A stretch of 64,000 nucleotides of DNA from a virus (IMGVR_UViG_3300021426_000064:120342-184341), one strand, 5' to 3'. Shown: positions 47,783 to 58,422, numbered from the stretch's first letter. Translations and numbers: made by a program. The notes: generated by a model not told the origin, from the letters alone.

Positions 47783-49504
47783 TTATTCTATACGGCCCTT
47801 AATTTGTGCATCCAATAGGTCAAGATTATAATACGATGTATATAAAACCTTGCCGCTTTTCGGCGTATTCGCCGAAGCCTTCATCGTGCAGGCGTGAGAA
47901 ACGTTATTAGTGTTGATAACGAGAAGGTCAACATCGTTAAGCTTTTGTGTATCGAAGCTCTTACCGTTTCCTATGTCCTTAAACTTTGGATGACGGGCGA
48001 TTACTTTTGCACGCCAGCTATCTGTCCCGCCGGCCACAGCAATCTTGAGATTAATGCTGGCAAAAGTGTCTTCTTCTTCTGCTGCTACAGGCTTCTTCTC
48101 AGTAACAACAACAGACTCCTCTTCAATATCCTGCACAGACAGTGCCTCAAGCTCTTTTGTCTTTTTGCGCAGTTCCTCGCGGAGCTCGGAGATTTTATCC
48201 GACAGGGCAATCTTTTCACTGATCGCGTCCTGATATTTACGAACATAATCTTCTTTCTGCTTGGAAAGCTCGTCAAACTTACTCCTCAGATTACTGTAAT
48301 CTGTAGAGAGCTTAACCAGTTCTTTATTCTGTTTCCGGTTTGCACCGTTTACTGAGCGTTTCTGATTAGCTACGCTTTTAGATAAAACATCTTGTGACTT
48401 TAAAAGCTCTTCAATCTTATTAGAAAGAGTATTATTTTTACGAGCCAGGTCTGTTTTTTCCGCTTTTAATACGGAAAATTCATTATTTCGAATGGCAATC
48501 TCTCGTTCAAGATTTGTTACTTTGTCCGAGAGGCTCGTTATCTTACTATTGTTCTTTGTAATAACATCCTTAAGCTTCTGGATCTTGTTCAGATTCCGTT
48601 CAGCCTCGTACCGGTAATACCATATTGGCTTGAGCTGCGGATGAATATGCGCAGCAACGTATTCCGCGGCTATACTATATGTAAAATCATCTTTTTCCCA
48701 TTCGCTAACAAAAGGATCTGAAGGAACAGACATTACGAGCTCTTTTTTTATGAGCTCAAGGGTTTTGTTGATGTCATCAGTGTTGATAATACCATCCATA
48801 ATATCGGTGGCACATTTGCAGACTTCTTCGTAAAAATCATTTTCGTTTTCTAACGAATAAATACATTCCGTAGCGACTCTCATTTCAATTGCGCGAGTTA
48901 AAGAATCTATATGTACATGCCTTCGATTGTAAAAACCGATTATATCGTAAACCAAAGCAAGACAAAATAAATCCTTTTCTGCAGAAATGAAATACTGATC
49001 ATGATCTTGTAACAATGTGGAATATTTTTCCTCAATTTCTTCCAAGCCGTTATAAGGAGGAAGCTCGCTAATATGCTTATTAACGATGTGTTCAAATTGA
49101 CGCTCTTCTTTTGTCCCGTCAATATCAAACATTAATTGCCATATCTGATAAACAAATGCTAATCGTATACACTTTAAAACATCGGGAAGTTGACAACTGT
49201 CATTTTGATCGAGGAGCCCAATAGCAAGAAGTGTATAATATGCACCTTGAATGCGGCAATGTAAAAAGAAGTTTGGCGTACGCTCAAAATACTCTTTCTT
49301 AATGGTATCCTCGTTTGCGTTTAAAAGCTCGAGAAGTTCGTCTGTTTTTCCGCTTTTTTCTAGCTCTATGGCCTGTTGTAAAATTTTAAAAGAACGCCCC
49401 TTGCTAATGTCTGGTATGAGCTTATCTTTTAGTCTGTTTGAATTGTTCTGATAAATATCTGTTAATATTGGTGCAGATCTAATGCTATATTCCATGTTAA
49501 CCAC
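47783..49504 (-). CDS. coiled-coil protein with C-terminal DUF2325-like domain
   Basis: Long coiled coil; KIAVAGG...DLLVINTNNVSH. Confidence 0.7.
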   Translation of the reverse strand: MVNMEYSIRSAPILTDIYQNNSNRLKDKLIPDISKGRSFKILQQAIELEKSGKTDELLELLNANEDTIKKEYFERTPNFFLHCRIQGAYYTLLAIGLLDQNDSCQLPDVLKCIRLAFVYQIWQLMFDIDGTKEERQFEHIVNKHISELPPYNGLEEIEEKYSTLLQDHDQYFISAEKDLFCLALVYDIIGFYNRRHVHIDSLTRAIEMRVATECIYSLENENDFYEEVCKCATDIMDGIINTDDINKTLELIKKELVMSVPSDPFVSEWEKDDFTYSIAAEYVAAHIHPQLKPIWYYRYEAERNLNKIQKLKDVITKNNSKITSLSDKVTNLEREIAIRNNEFSVLKAEKTDLARKNNTLSNKIEELLKSQDVLSKSVANQKRSVNGANRKQNKELVKLSTDYSNLRSKFDELSKQKEDYVRKYQDAISEKIALSDKISELREELRKKTKELEALSVQDIEEESVVVTEKKPVAAEEEDTFASINLKIAVAGGTDSWRAKVIARHPKFKDIGNGKSFDTQKLNDVDLLVINTNNVSHACTMKASANTPKSGKVLYTSYYNLDLLDAQIKGRIE

Positions 49505-49727
49505 CTCTAACCTATACTCAACTTAAATTATACATAAAATAAGAATAAAAAATCAAGCAAAATATTCAAAATCAAAAATAACCGCTCTGGGAAACCCGTA
49601 GAGCGGTTATAGACATTTAGGCATATAATTATATACAAAAAGTTTTTCGTGGGTGTTGTGGGCGAATCTGAGGGGCAGATTTTTTCGCCCCTCATCCAAA
49701 ATATCGAAAAACGGAAAGTGACCGGGG

Positions 49728-50192
49728 TTATGCAGCACTCTTCCCTGTTTGCAATGACACTTTGTCCTGGCCATAATCAATATAGCCAATCTTTGGTCCA
49801 AGCTGATCCTGCCATGCCCTTATGAATGAACGTGTCGCAACGAAGCTGGAGCCGATTCTTGCCGATGCCTGTCCAACAGTCAGCTTCTCACCCATAATAA
49901 GATCGTAGAGAATTTTCCACTTCTGCTCGCGAGATTTCTGTTCTGCTGCCAGTTTAGATTCGTTGAAATCCGCTTTCGTGTCTACGAGACGATATACCTT
50001 CTTAACATTATCTACGACCCATCCTTTTGATTTGAATGTGCGCTGGATTTCTCCGCTTTTTAGCGGTTCGCCATCATACGTAGCAATTTCGCCGGCACGA
50101 CGTTTAAATTTCTTCGGGTTCTTTACTTCAGGATGGCGCTCACACCAGTCCATTTCAGCCTTCTTAGTCCAAAAGTATGTTGTTGCTGCCAA
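49728..50192 (-). CDS. hypothetical protein (possible C-terminal HTH)
   Basis: TTG start after GGAGG; promoter TTGATT-17-TAAAAT at 50308-50280. Confidence 0.65.
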   Translation of the reverse strand: MAATTYFWTKKAEMDWCERHPEVKNPKKFKRRAGEIATYDGEPLKSGEIQRTFKSKGWVVDNVKKVYRLVDTKADFNESKLAAEQKSREQKWKILYDLIMGEKLTVGQASARIGSSFVATRSFIRAWQDQLGPKIGYIDYGQDKVSLQTGKSAA

Positions 50193-50328
50193 TATTAAAT
50201 TCCTCCAATCATAAACAATTGTATGTGTATAATAAACTACTTACGAATAACAATGGGGTCTGCCCCACTTCTTAAATATATTTTACTACTTACTTATCTA
50301 AAAATCAAGTATGTAGCGGAGTTTTCTT

Positions 50329-50364
50329 TAACTGTGTCATTGTATCACTGTTTACCCACAGTTA
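50329..50364 (-). repeat. 36-bp site, copy 2 (inverted relative to copy 1)
   Basis: TAACTGTGGGTAAACAGTGATACAATGACACAGTTA on the - strand. Confidence 0.85.
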
Positions 50365-50414
50365 ACCTATGAAAAATAAAGCCGCCCACGAGGGGGCGAC
50401 CACTGAAGATATTT

Positions 50415-53400
50415 TTATTGCATGCAAAGCTGCATGACCTTATTGCTTGCTTCATTTGCCTTTTGCTGATATTCTTTGTACTGGGCATACTCTTGCGGCC
50501 TATTCTGCGCCGCCCACTGAATAACCCATGTTTTGCCAGATGCGTTAGGATCGTTCTGAATTGCAGACTCCCAACCGGCGAATAGCACATCTGCTTTTTT
50601 TGTGTAATCATCCATGATTTTTTCGTACTGTTTTATCTGAGCGCGCTTTTCTTTTTCAGCTGCTTCGTTGAAAACAGGTTCAGGGTTAACACCCTTATTG
50701 TTTGTCTTTTCTATCTGCTTACCTACAGATGTCTCTTTTGATACATTTATCGAGTTTAACAGCTTCCATACAGTCTTGGGGTCTACAAACGAGCCGTTTT
50801 TATCTTGTACGCGCAAAATAAAATTATCACTGCACGCCGCGCAGATTTCCCCCTTGCTTATGTTTTGCTTGTTAGCATCTTTGCTGAGTTTATCTTCACT
50901 AAGCCCTGCGAAGATGTATGTGTAGCCAGAATGTCTGCTTGTCATCTTAATGTACTTGCCAATAGCCTCATCAGATAATACTCCGGCTCCATCACAATCT
51001 TCTGGCGCATGAACACTAATTTCCGCACTACACTTGAATACCAACGCATTAGATACGACTCCTACGCCAGAACCCGCATTCGCAACGCCAAAATCTTGAA
51101 TCCAGTATACGTTATTCAAATCTTTTGTTGGTATTGGGAAATCCATACCTTCTTCTTGATTTGCAAGCTGCGACAATCCAGTATTTGCAGCATCGATAAT
51201 CTGGTAGGCCTGAACGACAGCTGGGAAAAATTCCGGATCGCTACTTGCCTCTTCGAGGGCTTTTCTCCATTCCCAGTTATACATGCGGGTACTGTTATTG
51301 TTATTGTTCCCATTGCTACTGTTACTACTGTCGTCATTGTTCATGGGTGCGCTCATAAGTTCAGCCAGCCCATCGCTCCATTTTTTATATGCCGTAACAG
51401 GCGCAATGGAATTCCCATTAAAGGTATATTGCTCTGAAAGCTTTTTTAGCTCTTTAACGCCGGCCTCTATCTGTCCTTCTATTGCGCCGCTATTCGTACC
51501 GAATAATCCTTGGGCAGGGTCACCATTACTGATAACCGCAATAACTGCCATCGCGAGAAGTGGGTCGATTTTATTTTCGCCAGCAATACGTTGAAGCGTT
51601 TGCTCATATCCATTGAGCTTCAGGTTTTTAACAGCTTCTTCCGCCCTTGCCTTACCATTGGATAAACCTGCAGATATGGATTCTTTTGCTTTTGGCCACC
51701 AAATCTTCATCTCTTGCTTCTTTTTATCACCAGTAGTATTTGAAGAACTGTTATCACCAGTTCCGCTATTGTCTTTTGGATCGTATTTCCCAGCAAGAAC
51801 ATCATCCATGAACTGCTTGTGCCCATCAATAGATGATTTGTAATCACCTGGATTAATAGAAACTGTAGGCGTAAGACCGGATGAACCTGGTCCATTTGCC
51901 AGCTGATAAGAAGCAAGTTTCTCTGGGGACTTATCGTCAGAATTAATATCCTGCCGCCAGTTAATCTGCGGCTTCTGTTGCTCTACCGGAGTGAGCTTCC
52001 AGCCCATCTTAACACCATCATCCCACTGATCTTTGAATGGGCGTTCGTTCTGGTCTCTCGTGCCGGTGGTCTTATAATTGAGCTGGTAGTCTATCTTCTT
52101 GTCGTGCATCTGCTCGATGCGCAGGAAGTTTATGTAGTCTTCCATGTTCATCATGCCAGCCTGAATATCGTCTTGGATATTTGCCAGGTTAGCACCAACT
52201 TCATTAAGAATATCGAAAGTTTGTCCTATGATAGGTTCGTAGCGCGAACAAGATAGGCACTGATCAATCTGCATGACCTGACCATCTTCCAAAAGATTAT
52301 CCTTCAGGCATCTAATCGCACAGTACTTTTGTCGATGGTCCTGTCCTCCGTAATACTGACAATTGATGTGCATTCGTTTACCCATGCCGAATACATATCT
52401 CATCATGGTAGCCAATACATTTTCCAATTTTACAATACGCTTTTCGGTAAAGTCAGAAAGTGTCAATATGGCTGAAGCAAGCTCCTTGGTTTCCATATGG
52501 TCTCTTGTATATGGCAGCCGATACTGTTTAACACGAGGAGCGTGGTTCTCCAGTTCCTCTATTTTAAGATCGACAGGGTACGGATCGTTATTGTTTAATG
52601 GCTTTCCAGCACTTGGTACTTTTACCTCGCTGATAGAATTTTGCGGATCAAATGGACGCTGCGCAAGTTTTTGAGCCTGATCGGTTGTGAAAGCATTGCC
52701 ATCTATTCCCATTAGATCTTGCATGGTTTTGCTCGTCATTATGCCGTAGTCGCCAACTTGGTCCATATTCTCCATACCGTTAACAGCTGTAGTTTCTACG
52801 GCCGTATTTGGGATATTCCCTTGAACATACACCAGGTCGGGATATACCGGTTCGCTGTATGTTTTTCCCTTGGGGTTAATTTCAACCCAGGTGTGATGGT
52901 CAGTTATGTTGTTATTCGCCGGCCCAAGTGCTTTGTTCATTGCTCCGCCCGCAGGATTTTTGCCGCCTTCAGCCTGAGACTGTGCATTGAAGTTTGGCTT
53001 GATGCCATCGTGGGAGGTTGTTGGTATCCACCAATCGCATACGCCGCCATCTGCAAGTACGGTTTCCAAATCCCAATGGTAATCATCACCATTTTTATTG
53101 CGTGAGCCCCCCTGATTTGGGTCATTAATTATAAGCCCCTGGTTATCCAGCTTTGCATAAACAATATAATGGCCGCCGCCAGTAAAGAGTCCATCACCAT
53201 GGGCTGCAATAACGGGAAATCCTGCTTTTAATGCTTCTCTTACCGGCCCAGGATCATTTACATATTTAAATTCTACGCCGTATGACGGGCCTCTGTCCTG
53301 AAATGCGGTATGGTCTGTGCCCTGTCCTAACACTCTATGGCCAGACTGAACAAAATCATCTGCAACCATGTCCGGCGTTACATTTTTCCCATACCATGCA

Positions 53401-53600
53401 CATACCATAGCAAAGGAGGTTGGGCCGCAGCCGGAAGTACAAACTGTAGACCCATCACTGCCATAAGGATGGTCCGCCCAGCGTTCATCCCACTGATGGT
53501 ACAGGGGAACTCCCGACGAATTTCCCTGTGAACTAGGGGCATTGGTGTTTTGCTTATTGTCTTCTGGCTTGGTAGATGTATTATTATTCGTATCCGGCAA
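50415..53600 (-). CDS. multidomain virion-associated hydrolase: C39-like peptidase with degenerate SLT-like and M23-like domains
   Basis: YHQWDERW, SGCGPTSFAMV, GHYIV, INDP; IDPLLAMAVIAVIS (SLT-like); M23-like fold ending VDP. Confidence 0.7.
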   Translation of the reverse strand: MPDTNNNTSTKPEDNKQNTNAPSSQGNSSGVPLYHQWDERWADHPYGSDGSTVCTSGCGPTSFAMVCAWYGKNVTPDMVADDFVQSGHRVLGQGTDHTAFQDRGPSYGVEFKYVNDPGPVREALKAGFPVIAAHGDGLFTGGGHYIVYAKLDNQGLIINDPNQGGSRNKNGDDYHWDLETVLADGGVCDWWIPTTSHDGIKPNFNAQSQAEGGKNPAGGAMNKALGPANNNITDHHTWVEINPKGKTYSEPVYPDLVYVQGNIPNTAVETTAVNGMENMDQVGDYGIMTSKTMQDLMGIDGNAFTTDQAQKLAQRPFDPQNSISEVKVPSAGKPLNNNDPYPVDLKIEELENHAPRVKQYRLPYTRDHMETKELASAILTLSDFTEKRIVKLENVLATMMRYVFGMGKRMHINCQYYGGQDHRQKYCAIRCLKDNLLEDGQVMQIDQCLSCSRYEPIIGQTFDILNEVGANLANIQDDIQAGMMNMEDYINFLRIEQMHDKKIDYQLNYKTTGTRDQNERPFKDQWDDGVKMGWKLTPVEQQKPQINWRQDINSDDKSPEKLASYQLANGPGSSGLTPTVSINPGDYKSSIDGHKQFMDDVLAGKYDPKDNSGTGDNSSSNTTGDKKKQEMKIWWPKAKESISAGLSNGKARAEEAVKNLKLNGYEQTLQRIAGENKIDPLLAMAVIAVISNGDPAQGLFGTNSGAIEGQIEAGVKELKKLSEQYTFNGNSIAPVTAYKKWSDGLAELMSAPMNNDDSSNSSNGNNNNNSTRMYNWEWRKALEEASSDPEFFPAVVQAYQIIDAANTGLSQLANQEEGMDFPIPTKDLNNVYWIQDFGVANAGSGVGVVSNALVFKCSAEISVHAPEDCDGAGVLSDEAIGKYIKMTSRHSGYTYIFAGLSEDKLSKDANKQNISKGEICAACSDNFILRVQDKNGSFVDPKTVWKLLNSINVSKETSVGKQIEKTNNKGVNPEPVFNEAAEKEKRAQIKQYEKIMDDYTKKADVLFAGWESAIQNDPNASGKTWVIQWAAQNRPQEYAQYKEYQQKANEASNKVMQLCMQ

Positions 53601-53888
53601 TTAAAACGCCTCCTCTATTTCCCGGTCAAGGAGTGTTTCTGCCTGATAAGAACGGGTTGCCTCTCTCATAGCTTCTTCATATTCGCGCTGGCTTTCCATT
53701 TTCTCCAAGTGGGAGTAATCCCATTCCGCCCGCCGCTTAGCTTCTTTCATTTCTTTATATGTCTTTCTTGATACAACCAGACCATCCGTATCATCACGAT
53801 AATAGAACTGGCCATACGTGATATACTCACCTGTGATATGGTCACGCTCCCAAGTAAATGGCTGATCAACTTGATAAAGTCTTAGCAT
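53601..53888 (-). CDS. hypothetical protein
   Basis: 95 aa, RBS GAAAGGA. Confidence 0.65.
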   Translation of the reverse strand: MLRLYQVDQPFTWERDHITGEYITYGQFYYRDDTDGLVVSRKTYKEMKEAKRRAEWDYSHLEKMESQREYEEAMREATRSYQAETLLDREIEEAF

Positions 53889-54021
53889 GCGTTATTTTCC
53901 TTTCTCTAGCTACGAATTCAGAGGCTGCTAAAAGTCTCCAGAATTTGCTTGTGTCTTACGTACGTTCCGGTATTACGCCGCCCGCACAAGTAGGACACAA
54001 GCAAACAAGCAGATTTTTAGG

Positions 54022-55227
54022 TTAGGATGCCTTAAAATTGTAGACGGGTTTAATAATCTCTAAAATATCCACGGTATCCCTTACATCTTCCAGGATGTTA
54101 TCGATACTTTTATAAGCCATAGGAGCTTCATCCAATGTGTCCTCATTTACAGATGTCGTATAGATGCCGTTATTCTCCATGGTCTTTTTATACTCGTCCA
54201 TACTGAGTTTTTCGCGGGCGGCCTTACGCGACATTATACGGCCAGCGCCATGCGGTGCAGAATAGTTCCACTCCTCAACACCTTTGCCTATGCCGATAAT
54301 GCAGCCATCCCGCATATTCATCGGGATAAGGATCTTTTCTCCCTTGCGGGCCGAAATTGCGCCTTTACGGAGTATCATCTCATCCACGTTGATATAGTTG
54401 TGGATTGTGGAGAACTGCTCCTCTACAGTATACCTGCAATGCTTCACAATGATTTCTGCCATCAGCTTGCGGCTCTCGTCAGCAAACTCCTGACAGATTA
54501 CAATATCGTGCAAATAGTCATTCATATACTCGCCGTAAAGATAGGCTAAGTCGTCAGGAATATCGGACTTATGTTTCTGCCAGGTGAGCTCCTTTAGTGC
54601 ACCCTGAATCTCCTGACGCCGCCCTTGCTCTTTATACGTGCGAATGAGTTCGTCGCGGGCCTTGATGTATTCTTCCTTCCCTTGATGCAGTTCAATGGCA
54701 AGATTCTGATAGTATTCTGCCACCTGTTTGCCTAAATTACGGCTGCCGGAATGGATAATAAGATAGTATTCCCCAGAGGAACTTTTGTCCAGCTCTACGA
54801 AATGATTGCCTCCTCCCAGTGTACCTAGACTTCTTTCCAGACGTTTAGTGTCCCGCAGATTACGGAAGCACTTGAGTCGGGTCAGGTCAAATCGCTTCTG
54901 CCTGCCGTCCCAGACATTAAATCCGGACGGAATGTAATGACAGGCTTCGTCCAGTGTTGGGAAGTCAATGATTTTATCCTTGAGCTTGCTGGTAAGCATT
55001 CCACAGCCGATGTCTACTCCAACTAAATTAGCACAAACCTTGTCCGTAATGGTCATGGTCGTTCCAATTGTGCAGCCAGCCCCGGCATGAACATCCGGCA
55101 TGATGCGTATTTTGCTGCCGCGAGTAAGCTCGTAATCACACATGCGTTTTATCTGTTCTCTTGCCTCATCCTCAATAATGGATGCGTAAGAGACAGCTTC
55201 GCCAATTTTACCCTTAATAAGTTCCAA
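54022..55227 (-). CDS. rtcB: RtcB family RNA ligase
   Basis: MPDVH.G, VGVDIGCG, GTLGGGNHF, HSGSR, HNY, HGAGR, DEAP.AYK. Confidence 0.95.
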   Translation of the reverse strand: MELIKGKIGEAVSYASIIEDEAREQIKRMCDYELTRGSKIRIMPDVHAGAGCTIGTTMTITDKVCANLVGVDIGCGMLTSKLKDKIIDFPTLDEACHYIPSGFNVWDGRQKRFDLTRLKCFRNLRDTKRLERSLGTLGGGNHFVELDKSSSGEYYLIIHSGSRNLGKQVAEYYQNLAIELHQGKEEYIKARDELIRTYKEQGRRQEIQGALKELTWQKHKSDIPDDLAYLYGEYMNDYLHDIVICQEFADESRKLMAEIIVKHCRYTVEEQFSTIHNYINVDEMILRKGAISARKGEKILIPMNMRDGCIIGIGKGVEEWNYSAPHGAGRIMSRKAAREKLSMDEYKKTMENNGIYTTSVNEDTLDEAPMAYKSIDNILEDVRDTVDILEIIKPVYNFKAS

Positions 55228-55320
55228 GATAAATCCCTCCTGCTGAAAATATGGTTAAAGCCCTCTAGCATCCGCCCGCATTGCTGCAGGCGGATATACA
55301 AAGCTTTAACAGCCTTATGG

Positions 55321-58300
55321 TCAAGCGATGAGAGATACGCAGTTGTCGACAGGAATCTGCACAAACTGGAGCTTGGGGCGTTCGCTAAACTGCAAACGCT
55401 TTTCTGCCAGCTTAAGAATCTTGTCCTTTGCTGCTTCCGTCCCATCTTTAGGAGAATTCCCTGCTTCAGAATCCTTGGTAAGGCTGAAGTTATTGGTATC
55501 TACCTTGATATGCTCGTTATTCACGATACTCTTGGCGATCTTCATTGTGATATCTGTATCCTCGGTCATGGACTGCAGTGCAGATTCGGAGAAGTCGCCT
55601 TCGATAGACTTGGATGCCGTAAGCTTCTGACTGATGGCGCCCAGGATGTCCTCCTGAACCGAATTCTCATAGTACATGAAGTATACGGATACGGGATGTT
55701 CCTGATTGATACGATTTGAACGCTGGGAAGCCTGACGGATTTTAGTGAGTTCCGTGCCGGTTTCATAGAAGATAATCGTCGTGTAATCCAAAAGATTTAC
55801 ACCGACATCCACTTCAGCCGGGTTCATAATAACCGCATCTACCTCACCTTCTTTGGCGAGATTGGTTAACCACTTCTGACGTTTTGCCGGAGCCATCTTC
55901 GGCATGACAATGGCGTTAACATCATTATCACGAAGAAGTTCGGATAAACGAGAGGCAATATTAAGCGACTGGGAGAACTCAACATAGATGAGCATCTTCT
56001 CGCCTTCATCCTTATGCTTCTTGGCAATGCGGATAAGTTCAGTCTCTTTATTGCGGATTGTCTTATCCGAGAGTTCTATGGACTCACCGTTATCAACACG
56101 GCGAGTATCAAGGCCGAACGGCTGATCAAGGAACATATTCGCGGTAAGAACAGCGTGTTTTACTGCCCGGCGCGTCTGATTGCGCACACCGCCGTTGGCG
56201 GTAGTCACCAATTCGCTTACTCTTTCCAGGATAGAATTATAAGCCGTGGCCAGCTCGTCATCCATCTTGACGCCAACCGGCGTTTCCGTATACTCGCAAA
56301 GGTCTTCGCGGATATCTTCCTTCTTAACAGCTACAAGATTATTGATGAGGAAGTCCGCAACAAGTACCTGGGAAATCCCCGGCAATTCTTTGCGCTCCTT
56401 TTTCTTTCTTATGCCGTTAAGAGACTGCCGCCCGCGACTATCCGTAAACAGTGTCCCTGTATGAATTTCCTTGCGTTCGACAACGCCATAATCGTTATTG
56501 AACTTCGTGATATCGTCATGAGTGTATCCACGTTCGAGCATCTTCTTTGTCTGAGTACGGAAAAGTAAGTGGAACAAACCTTTGGCATAACCATTGGAAA
56601 GTGTACCGGTCAGACAAATCGTCTTCCAGCAAGCGCCGATAACCGTACCAAATGCTTCGCCGCGCTTTGAGTCAGAAGCAAGCTGATGTACTTCATCGCA
56701 GATAAGATAGTCAAAGCAATGGTTCATGTGCTTGCGGATATAATGTGCAATAGAGTAGCGGCGCGGATAAATACTGGAGGAGCCGTGCGCTTCATAATCC
56801 AGAATAGCCTTAAGCTGCTTATTAAGTGTACTGCTCCAGGTGCGTGGCGCGTGTTCATCGATGTTTGCCTGTGCCATCTCGAGCTCCTCTTTGTAAGAAG
56901 CGATATTCTTACGCTGAATCCAGCCGAGCCCCTGAACATTCACCCAGTTCATTTCACTTACCCAGCCGTTTTTGGCAATAATGCTTTCCGGCTCTTCTTT
57001 AACGCGACGCGCCACAGTCCATAGGTGAGCTCCGCAGCCACTTGCCACCAATCCTCTTTCATTGATAACTCTGACGCATTTAGCGTTGTTATTGTTTTTG
57101 GAGAAGAAGTCGCGATGACTGGAAAGATCGCTTGCTTCGGCATTACCGCCATTAAGCGTACGCTTTTCGGTTGTTATGATTGGGCGACCACAATGTGGAC
57201 ATACATAACATTTACGATAGTTATCCCAAACAACACCGGGACGCTCTTCGTAGCTGCTTTTAATCGTGTTTTCCGACATCACAATCCAGAGCGGGCGGAG
57301 GCGCAACGGGCTCTTGATAAACTTTGTTGCCTCTAAAAATTCTTTGAGATCGGATACGACGCGGACGTCGGCCAGCGGGTTTAAGCCATGAATAGTTTCG
57401 ACCCATTCCGGAATAGTTTTTGACGGAACCATCACGAGAGCAGAATAATTAGCCTTACGTGCATGGGAAGATACTACGCCAATGGCCATAGTGGTTTTTC
57501 CCGATCCGGTCTGTCCGGAAATGATAACATTATCCTGAGTATCCAGACTGGTTACTGCAGACTGGATAACTTCCTTCTGCACGCGATACGGCACAAAGTC
57601 TTTGGAATAATACGTTGCTACTTCAAAGAAGTCATCGACCTTCTTGCTGAACTTCATTGTGTTGGGGTCAAACAACGGCTTAAATTCCTCCTGTGCACGG
57701 TTAGCCAGTGTCTGGCCAAAGGCTTCTTGATAAGAATCAATACCCGTTACCTTGAGAAGTTCCGGACTGGAAGAATTGCAGCCGTCTATGGAAATCAAAC
57801 CGCTCTTCAAACCATCCGTAATCCATGAGCGAATATCATGTTCGCGAATCTGATATGCAATGATGGTGCGGAAACCATAATGATTGAATACGTCTTCCTG
57901 CATATTAAAGCTGGAAGAATAAAACATGCTATGGTTGCGAAGGGATTCCCTTGCGATATACTCAGACCATTCCTTAAGTACGGGGATGGTTGTATTATCT
58001 ACGATAGCTTCATATATGGCATCAGATACGCTCTGGGGGATAATATCCGGCGTATAAACGCTTTCGATATTGAAATCGGATCTGGAGAATGTATTGTAGA
58101 TTGCTGCTACACCGCTCATGCCCTCCAGAGCTTTCTTACGGGAAAATACGAGATGAACGAAACCATCACGGCCCTTGTAGGATTGAACGTCCATAACGTG
58201 TTTATCAAAACCAATGCGGGGACCGTTACTTCTGATAACCAAATACCGGTAAGCATTAAAAGCATGAGATACGGTTTTCGCATCGGCACCTCGGAGCAAA

Positions 58301-58422
58301 ACCGAGAAAAACATCAGGCTTTCAAACTGACGGCAAACACTAATAGCGTCCGAATAGCCGTTAATGATAATAGGGTCTCCTCCTCTATCACTAGCTAAAG
58401 AAATACTGCAAGATGTTAACAT
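55321..58422 (-). CDS. SF2/SNF2-like helicase
   Basis: GQTGSGKT, ICDEVH, LTGT..NGY, VGVNL, RQAS.RS.RI.Q; start likely ATG 58422. Confidence 0.85.
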   Translation of the reverse strand: MLTSCSISLASDRGGDPIIINGYSDAISVCRQFESLMFFSVLLRGADAKTVSHAFNAYRYLVIRSNGPRIGFDKHVMDVQSYKGRDGFVHLVFSRKKALEGMSGVAAIYNTFSRSDFNIESVYTPDIIPQSVSDAIYEAIVDNTTIPVLKEWSEYIARESLRNHSMFYSSSFNMQEDVFNHYGFRTIIAYQIREHDIRSWITDGLKSGLISIDGCNSSSPELLKVTGIDSYQEAFGQTLANRAQEEFKPLFDPNTMKFSKKVDDFFEVATYYSKDFVPYRVQKEVIQSAVTSLDTQDNVIISGQTGSGKTTMAIGVVSSHARKANYSALVMVPSKTIPEWVETIHGLNPLADVRVVSDLKEFLEATKFIKSPLRLRPLWIVMSENTIKSSYEERPGVVWDNYRKCYVCPHCGRPIITTEKRTLNGGNAEASDLSSHRDFFSKNNNNAKCVRVINERGLVASGCGAHLWTVARRVKEEPESIIAKNGWVSEMNWVNVQGLGWIQRKNIASYKEELEMAQANIDEHAPRTWSSTLNKQLKAILDYEAHGSSSIYPRRYSIAHYIRKHMNHCFDYLICDEVHQLASDSKRGEAFGTVIGACWKTICLTGTLSNGYAKGLFHLLFRTQTKKMLERGYTHDDITKFNNDYGVVERKEIHTGTLFTDSRGRQSLNGIRKKKERKELPGISQVLVADFLINNLVAVKKEDIREDLCEYTETPVGVKMDDELATAYNSILERVSELVTTANGGVRNQTRRAVKHAVLTANMFLDQPFGLDTRRVDNGESIELSDKTIRNKETELIRIAKKHKDEGEKMLIYVEFSQSLNIASRLSELLRDNDVNAIVMPKMAPAKRQKWLTNLAKEGEVDAVIMNPAEVDVGVNLLDYTTIIFYETGTELTKIRQASQRSNRINQEHPVSVYFMYYENSVQEDILGAISQKLTASKSIEGDFSESALQSMTEDTDITMKIAKSIVNNEHIKVDTNNFSLTKDSEAGNSPKDGTEAAKDKILKLAEKRLQFSERPKLQFVQIPVDNCVSLIA

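Noticed and set aside
51280-51345. AAC/AAT-rich stretch on the - strand as a possible DGR template repeat
   Set aside because: It is an Asn/Ser linker inside the hydrolase gene and lacks the VR's invariant TGGTGG and TTCTGT anchors
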